The position numbers and the translations under genes were made by a program. From contig CAYFJW010000002.1 of NCBI GenBank assembly GCA_964343875.1, positions 6,797 to 70,796 of the forward strand: DNA of 64,000 nt. Reading direction: 5' to 3'. Numbering within the stretch: the stretch's first letter is position 1; every line of letters begins with the position of its first letter. Below, piece after piece: positions 58,398 to 64,000 of the stretch. The notes beneath the pieces are model-generated. The model was not told the DNA's origin and ran no database searches. It worked only from the letters and a program-made list of their open reading frames with translations. Origin of the DNA: Candidatus Woesearchaeota archaeon. GTDB taxonomy: Archaea; Nanobdellota; Nanobdellia; SCGC-AAA011-G17; UBA489.

Positions 58398-59879
58398 CTA
58401 GTCTTCGTCATCAATAAGTACTTCTGCTTGAGGAATCAAGAAAGCAATCAACAGCGGTATAAGTACTGCCGCCCATCCAACCATCAAAGCCCAGAATGGA
58501 TATCCTTCATAAGGTGTTGTAAACTCAGTATACAATTGGAATATTAATAAACTTAACAGTATCAAAGGAGTTACATACTTAATACAAACATCCCACCATC
58601 TTCCAATTTGGAAATTTGAAACCCTATTAATATATCTCCTTAACCTTCCCGTACCATAGACCCATCCAACCATTATACATTGTAATATTCCCACAGTTAA
58701 TATGGCAATATTAGTAACAAAATGATCCACAATATCTAAGAAATACAAACCTGCCCCTGTTGTATAGATTATTCCCAATAAAAATCCAATGGTACAAACA
58801 TAAAACGTCAACCTTTCACGTCTAATTTTACCAAACTTATCCTTCAATGCAGCTGCAATTGCCTCCACAATTGAGAACGCACTATCAATTCCCAACGTCA
58901 ACAATGTCAAGAAAAACAAAACCGAAAATAACGGAGCCCACGGCATTAAAGCCAAAGCCTCAGGGAATACAACAAAAGCCAAGCTAGGCCCATTAGCCAC
59001 AACATCAGGCACACCAACATTCTTGGACATTGCCATAAATCCTAATGTAGCGAAAACTACAAACCCAGAAACAATACTAATCAATGAATTAATCACTGCA
59101 GTCCACAAAGCATTTCCTGCAACATCATGGTGTCTATCATTAAAGCTAGCATACGCAACCATCACACCAAATGCTAATGTCAACGTAAAGAATATCTGTG
59201 AAAATGCAGCAACCCACACTTGCGGATCAAATAATGCAGCGAAATTAGGAATTAAATAATAATAAATTCCTCCACCGGCACCATCCAAAGTCAAGGCCCT
59301 AACAAGTAAAACAAATATCAATATTATTGGTAGTGGCATTGTAACAAGTACAACCTTACCAACACTCTTAACTCCCTTGAACACAGAGAAATAAATCATT
59401 AACCAAACTAAAATCAAGGCAAAAAACAAAGGCCATTGTATTCCACCAATCACAGCCGCAGACTCACTCAGACCTAACACTTCCGTGAAGAAAAACCCTT
59501 CACTATTTCCGGCCCAAGCAACACTTAAAGAAGATAACAAATACTTCAGCGCCCAAGCCATAACAACTGCGTAATAAGTTATAACTAAAAACCCAGAAAA
59601 TAAAGCCCACCATGCAACACCTGCAAATCTTTTCTTAACACTTGCAAATGCATCAACAGCAGCTCTTTGAATCTTCTGACCCAAAGCAAACTCCAATATT
59701 AATAAAGGAAAACCAATAATAAAAAGTGCAATCAAATAAGGAATTAAGAAAGCACCGCCACCATATTTATAGGTTAAATATGGAAATCTCCATATATTCC
59801 CCAAACCAACTGCAGAACCAACAGCAGCTAAAATAAATACAAATCTAGAAGACCATCTTGCCCTATTTTCAACCTCCAT
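58398..59879 (-). CDS. sodium:neurotransmitter symporter family (NSS/SNF) transporter
   Basis: GLGNIWRFPYL signature near N-terminus, 12 TM. Confidence 0.85.
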   Translation of the reverse strand: MEVENRARWSSRFVFILAAVGSAVGLGNIWRFPYLTYKYGGGAFLIPYLIALFIIGFPLLILEFALGQKIQRAAVDAFASVKKRFAGVAWWALFSGFLVITYYAVVMAWALKYLLSSLSVAWAGNSEGFFFTEVLGLSESAAVIGGIQWPLFFALILVWLMIYFSVFKGVKSVGKVVLVTMPLPIILIFVLLVRALTLDGAGGGIYYYLIPNFAALFDPQVWVAAFSQIFFTLTLAFGVMVAYASFNDRHHDVAGNALWTAVINSLISIVSGFVVFATLGFMAMSKNVGVPDVVANGPSLAFVVFPEALALMPWAPLFSVLFFLTLLTLGIDSAFSIVEAIAAALKDKFGKIRRERLTFYVCTIGFLLGIIYTTGAGLYFLDIVDHFVTNIAILTVGILQCIMVGWVYGTGRLRRYINRVSNFQIGRWWDVCIKYVTPLILLSLLIFQLYTEFTTPYEGYPFWALMVGWAAVLIPLLIAFLIPQAEVLIDDED

Positions 59880-60011
59880 TAACTCATCTAACCAATAAAG
59901 ATATATAAATTTTATCCATTTATAAATAAATTACAAAACTATTATCAAGTTAAATATAACATTTTTAAAGAGGAATTACCAAATATACACATCAATTAAG
60001 GGGGGAGAACT

Positions 60012-60398
60012 ATGAGTAATGGTAAAGCTTATTCAATTACATTTATGAGGGTCTTACTAGGTCTATTATTCTTAATTCCGGGAATCTCAAAATTAATGAA
60101 TCCTGAAATGATTATAGGCATGTTAGGCAATCTTGGCTTCCCAAGTGCAGCACTCTTTGGTTGGATTTTGATCCTAGCAGAGATAGTTTTCGGACTTGCG
60201 CTTGTAGTAGGTTACAAGGTTAAATACGCAGTATGGCCATTGATCATCATTTTAGTGGTTGCTATTTTAACAGTTCACATTAAGGACGTTGAAAATCCAA
60301 TGATGATAATTGATGTCTTATTCAGACTTGGAGCTATTGCAGGTCTTAACTTGTTAAGATACACTGGCAATGGATGCTGCGCAATCAGTAAGGAATAA
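60012..60398 (+). CDS. DoxX family membrane protein (paralog)
   Basis: FMRVLLGLLFLIPGISKL signature. Confidence 0.7.
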   Translation: MSNGKAYSITFMRVLLGLLFLIPGISKLMNPEMIIGMLGNLGFPSAALFGWILILAEIVFGLALVVGYKVKYAVWPLIIILVVAILTVHIKDVENPMMIIDVLFRLGAIAGLNLLRYTGNGCCAISKE

Positions 60399-60492
60399 AC
60401 AGGCGGTTCAACCGCCAAATTCTTTTCTTCATAAAACTTATATATTAGTTACAACTACAAAATGGTCTCAGTAACTACATGAAGCGATTAAA

Positions 60493-60861
60493 ATGTCAAA
60501 AAAGGAAAGAGTTCACAGAGAACAACCTCCATCTCGGGCAATTGTTAGATTTAGATTGCGTCCTCGAGCTGGAGACTTGGGAGATAGGACCGATTTCTTT
60601 CTATTAAACCTTATACAATCTAATGGCGATGACCCGATGCCGGCTCCAACAGGAACCATTACTCCCGATTTAATTGAAACATTGGAGGCCAATAGACCGT
60701 ATGTTGCGATTGGAGATGCAGTATTCGCAAGAACGGCCGGTCCAAACGCCGAGCGGCGCCTCAAAGATGGAAGGGGGAGGTCTTACTTAGAAAGAACATA
60801 CCACCTAGACATGATGCGAACATCTAGTTACAGAAGGCAGCTTGACCGAAACAGAGACTAG
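60493..60861 (+). CDS. hypothetical protein (GC-rich)
   Basis: ORF only. Confidence 0.3.
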   Translation: MSKKERVHREQPPSRAIVRFRLRPRAGDLGDRTDFFLLNLIQSNGDDPMPAPTGTITPDLIETLEANRPYVAIGDAVFARTAGPNAERRLKDGRGRSYLERTYHLDMMRTSSYRRQLDRNRD

Positions 60862-62444
60862 TTCAAACAACTCTTTACAAAATTAAAAAACAAACCATCT
60901 GGCTTTTCCAATTTAGAAGTTAGTTCTGGATGCGCCTGTGTTGCCATAAAGAATTTATGCCCAGGTAATTCTAATATTTGCATTATTCTTTCATCAGGTG
61001 AATAACCAGAAAAAACAAGCCCTGCATTCTTTAACTTCTCAACATAATCAGGATTAACCTCCCACCTATGTCTAAATCTCAATCTTGCAATCTTACCATA
61101 AATCTCTTCAGCGAAACTTCCTTCCTTGACATTAATATCATGGCCACCAAGCCTCATTGTAGCTCCTTTATCAGAAACATCTTTCTGCTCAGGCAACAAA
61201 TCAATAACGGGATTAGAAGTATTAGGTTCAATTTCAGAACTATTTGCCCCATTCAAACCTGCAACATTTCTAGCATAATCGACAACAGCTAGCTGCATTC
61301 CATAACAAAGACCCAAAAACGGAAGATTATTTTCCCTACAATATCTAATCACATTTATTTTACCTTCAGAACCTCTTGATCCAAATCCCCCAGGAACAAT
61401 CACCCCATCAATTCCCATCATTTTATGATTTACTTCACCATTTTCAACATCAGTTGTTTCAACCCAAACAGGTTCAATTTTAGCACCCAAATTAGCACCG
61501 GCATGATCTAAAGCCTCAATAACAGATGCATAAGAATCACCTAAACTTGTATACTTCCCACAAATTGCAATCTTCAAGTTCTTATCACCTTTTTTCTCTA
61601 AAGTTTCTTTCCAAAAAGAATTATATGGCAAATCACCAATGCCAAAATGTTCACCAACTATCTTACCAACACCCTCCGAATGAAACACCTTAGGAATATC
61701 ATAAATATTGCTAACGTCCAACCCAGTTACAACTGCATTCTTATCAATATCACAAAACGTTGCAATCTTTTCTTTAATCTTAGGAGTTAAAAACTGACTA
61801 CACCTACCAATAACAATGTCCGGATTAATACCCCTACTCCTCAACTGGTTAACAGATTGTTGTGTAGGCTTAGACTTTTGTTCACCAACACCGGAAGGAA
61901 TAGGAACATATGTTAAATGAACATACAAGACATTCTCCCTCCCAACATCATTCTTCAACTGTCTACATGCTTCAATATAAAGTTCATTTTCAATATCTCC
62001 AATAGTACCCCCAACTTCAATTAACATAATATCTGCTTTCTCTTTCTCACTGATCTCATGGAATTTATCTTTGATACAACCAGTTACATGGGGTATATAT
62101 TGCACAGTTTTTCCCAAGTAGTCCCCCCTTCGTTCCTTCTTACGAATCTCATCAAACACCTTGCCCATAGTTAGATTCCATTCAGACTTACATTTAATAT
62201 TCAAGAATCTCTCGTAATGGCCAAAATCCATATCAACCTCAGCACCATCATCTAAAACAAACACTTCTCCGTGTTCAATGGGATTCATCGTTCCAGGGTC
62301 GACATTCAAATAACCATCTAACTTAATTGGAACAATCCTTCTACCGTCGGCCAATAAATGACCAATAGCGGCAGCGGCAACGCCCTTACCTAACCCAGAT
62401 AAAACTCCCCCAGTAACAATAATAAATCTGCAACCAGGATTCAT
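60858..62444 (-). CDS. pyrG: CTP synthase
   Basis: FIIVTGGVLSGLGKG N-terminus and GATase domain (GLCYGMQLA). Confidence 0.9.
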   Translation of the reverse strand: MNPGCRFIIVTGGVLSGLGKGVAAAAIGHLLADGRRIVPIKLDGYLNVDPGTMNPIEHGEVFVLDDGAEVDMDFGHYERFLNIKCKSEWNLTMGKVFDEIRKKERRGDYLGKTVQYIPHVTGCIKDKFHEISEKEKADIMLIEVGGTIGDIENELYIEACRQLKNDVGRENVLYVHLTYVPIPSGVGEQKSKPTQQSVNQLRSRGINPDIVIGRCSQFLTPKIKEKIATFCDIDKNAVVTGLDVSNIYDIPKVFHSEGVGKIVGEHFGIGDLPYNSFWKETLEKKGDKNLKIAICGKYTSLGDSYASVIEALDHAGANLGAKIEPVWVETTDVENGEVNHKMMGIDGVIVPGGFGSRGSEGKINVIRYCRENNLPFLGLCYGMQLAVVDYARNVAGLNGANSSEIEPNTSNPVIDLLPEQKDVSDKGATMRLGGHDINVKEGSFAEEIYGKIARLRFRHRWEVNPDYVEKLKNAGLVFSGYSPDERIMQILELPGHKFFMATQAHPELTSKLEKPDGLFFNFVKSCLN

Positions 62445-62497
62445 ACAATCCAAAAACAAAAGAAACTATTAAATGTTTATTCAGTTGAAAATATATT

Positions 62498-62926
62498 TTA
62501 CTCTGCACTTGGCCTTGGAAAGACTTCATGAGACTCAGCATACTCTTTAGTTCTTTCAAGAATCTCTGGAAACTGATCAACCAATTGACCTATTGCTCTT
62601 CTAAAACAAACACGATTTTGATCATCTTCACTTAAACCAAAAAACAAACGGGCCCTAAGACCCTGAGGAACAGACGCCCTTCTAAGGTCGCCACTATCTA
62701 AGGGAAATAAAAAAGCAGAATCACTACGGAGGCTAACCCAATCACCTGCAACCCTCGAGTCGGTTGACCTTACGGAAGCAGAAGAATGAGGTGCTCTACG
62801 GGCTGAAGTAAAAATCCCGGAAAAGAACACATTAACGGGATTCCCAGAATCAGGATCCCTCAAAGAATGACAATAAACAACTGGTGTTCCAGGATCAGTT
62901 CTATCTAAGATGTAATCAGGTATCAT
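62498..62926 (-). CDS. hypothetical protein (GC-rich)
   Basis: ORF only. Confidence 0.3.
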   Translation of the reverse strand: MIPDYILDRTDPGTPVVYCHSLRDPDSGNPVNVFFSGIFTSARRAPHSSASVRSTDSRVAGDWVSLRSDSAFLFPLDSGDLRRASVPQGLRARLFFGLSEDDQNRVCFRRAIGQLVDQFPEILERTKEYAESHEVFPRPSAE

Positions 62927-62980
62927 TATGTTTATCGTTTTATTTCTTAAACTAAAAGTATATAACTCTTTCCAGCGATC

Positions 62981-63742
62981 TTACTTTGTCCCGTAAGTGT
63001 CACAAAAAACTTGTCTAAATCTCTGACATCTCCTAAAAACTCCTTTAAACTCATTAGGAGTTATTGCCTGAGCAGCATCACTAACAGACCTAGGCGGATC
63101 GTTATGAACTTCAATTTCTAATCCATCTGCACCAGCCATAACCGCGGCAGCAGACATTCTCTCTATCAAACCTCTTCTGCCAGTTCCATGACTCGGATCA
63201 ACAAGAACATTATACCCTCTTGCCTTAAGAACAGGAATAACACCTAAATCCAAGACATTTCTACTATGGCCTGCGCTTGTAGCAGATCTAATCCCTCTTT
63301 CACACATCCAAACATCTTTTTGTTCCATGTCCAAATAACCAAATGCCCCTTCCCACTCAGCAAGTGTATTGTGCATTCCTCTTTTCAGAATAACTTTCTT
63401 GCCTTCAGCTTTTGCAACTTCGCCAACTTCTCCTAAAAGTGCAAAGTTTTGAGAACTCCTACTTCCTACTTGGAAGACATCAACATATGGCACAAGACCT
63501 CCAACATCTCTTGGATCTAAAACCTCCGTAACAAGGGGCAATTCAACCTCCCTTCTAACTTCTTCAACCCATTTGAGACCTTCATCACCCACACCCTTAA
63601 AGGTTGTAGGATCCGTCCTAGGCTTATCAATCATATATCTAAGATGGGTAGCACCGGACTCCCTAACAGCCATACCTATTTCACAAATCTGATCCAAGCT
63701 CTCAACAGCACAAGGTCCAGCAACAAAAACAAGGTCTTTCAT
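62981..63742 (-). CDS. DAHP synthase / KDO8P synthase family (AroA type I-beta-like)
   Basis: VFVAGPCAVES N-terminal motif and (b/a)8 pattern of the 3-deoxy-D-arabino-heptulosonate-7-phosphate synthase family. Confidence 0.75.
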   Translation of the reverse strand: MKDLVFVAGPCAVESLDQICEIGMAVRESGATHLRYMIDKPRTDPTTFKGVGDEGLKWVEEVRREVELPLVTEVLDPRDVGGLVPYVDVFQVGSRSSQNFALLGEVGEVAKAEGKKVILKRGMHNTLAEWEGAFGYLDMEQKDVWMCERGIRSATSAGHSRNVLDLGVIPVLKARGYNVLVDPSHGTGRRGLIERMSAAAVMAGADGLEIEVHNDPPRSVSDAAQAITPNEFKGVFRRCQRFRQVFCDTYGTK

Positions 63743-63825
63743 CTCTAGAAGACACCTAAGACATATATAAATTTTAACTTGATCTGTTATAACAATTTAT
63801 AAACTCCCAAATTTTACTTTAAAAA

Positions 63826-64000
63826 ATGAAAATAAAGCAAATTCCGGAGGACTTTGAAGTAGAGGAAATCCCCTCAATCCATCTAAAGAAGACTGGGCCA
63901 CACACAATATTTGAACTAAAAAAGAAAGATATGGACTTAGTCCAAGCTAAAAAAACAATAGCTAAAAGGCTAAAAGTATCTTACAAAGAAATTTCACACG
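63826..64000 (+). CDS. tRNA pseudouridine synthase TruD-like, N-terminal fragment (runs off window end)
   Basis: MKIKQIPEDFEVEEI resembles the TruD/Pus7 N-terminus. Confidence 0.4.
   Translation, partial: MKIKQIPEDFEVEEIPSIHLKKTGPHTIFELKKKDMDLVQAKKTIAKRLKVSYKEISH

Noticed and set aside
1-64000. Genome-wide stop-codon reassignment (TGA or TAA read as sense) as the explanation for the three in-frame stops
   Set aside because: Conserved genes end at TAA or TGA exactly where their families normally end (L35Ae and L10e at TAA; pyrD and the antitoxin-like ORF at TGA). A global recoding is therefore unlikely. Locus-specific readthrough or pseudogenisation remain open.

Overview
Low-GC archaeal chromosome segment, most consistent with a small-genome or DPANN-like archaeon. 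The archaeal assignment rests on ribosomal proteins L35Ae and L10e, ABCE1/RLI, tRNA genes without an encoded CCA, class III (prepilin-like) signal peptides and a FlaI/PilB-type ATPase. Housekeeping genes present: ribosomal proteins, ABCE1, thioredoxin, M42 peptidase, pyrD, pyrG, a DAHP-synthase-family enzyme, Sua5/YrdC, a Sun-family RNA methyltransferase, MsrAB, and five tRNAs (Thr-CGT, Leu-TAA, Thr-GGT, Val-TAC, Gly-GCC). Notable loci: (1) 11.5-17.4 kb: a bacterial-type NrdR repressor with a consensus NrdR box upstream, two divergent ATP-cone class II (B12-dependent) ribonucleotide reductases and a cobalamin adenosyltransferase. (2) 24.0-30.2 kb: a roughly 2000-aa, heavily N-glycosylation-sequon-rich surface protein gene that the ORF track shows as four ORFs. 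Three of these lie in one reading frame, separated only by single in-frame stop codons, and the fourth is joined through an A7 homopolymer. (3) 38.9-46.7 kb: an Epd/Tad-like archaeal type IV pilus locus with seven class-III-signal-peptide proteins, a PilB/FlaI-family ATPase and two TadC/FlaJ-like platform proteins. (4) A wHTH-KaiC-like ATPase paired with a degenerate RecA-fold partner and a 13-bp x4.8 tandem repeat just upstream, next to a MazF/RHH toxin-antitoxin pair. (5) A free-standing LAGLIDADG endonuclease gene wedged between tRNA-Leu and tRNA-Thr. (6) A RelE/ParE toxin inactivated by an in-frame TGA. (7) Clusters of small secreted cysteine-rich or His/Tyr/Gly-rich proteins, and several GC-richer hypothetical genes that look like patchy acquisitions.
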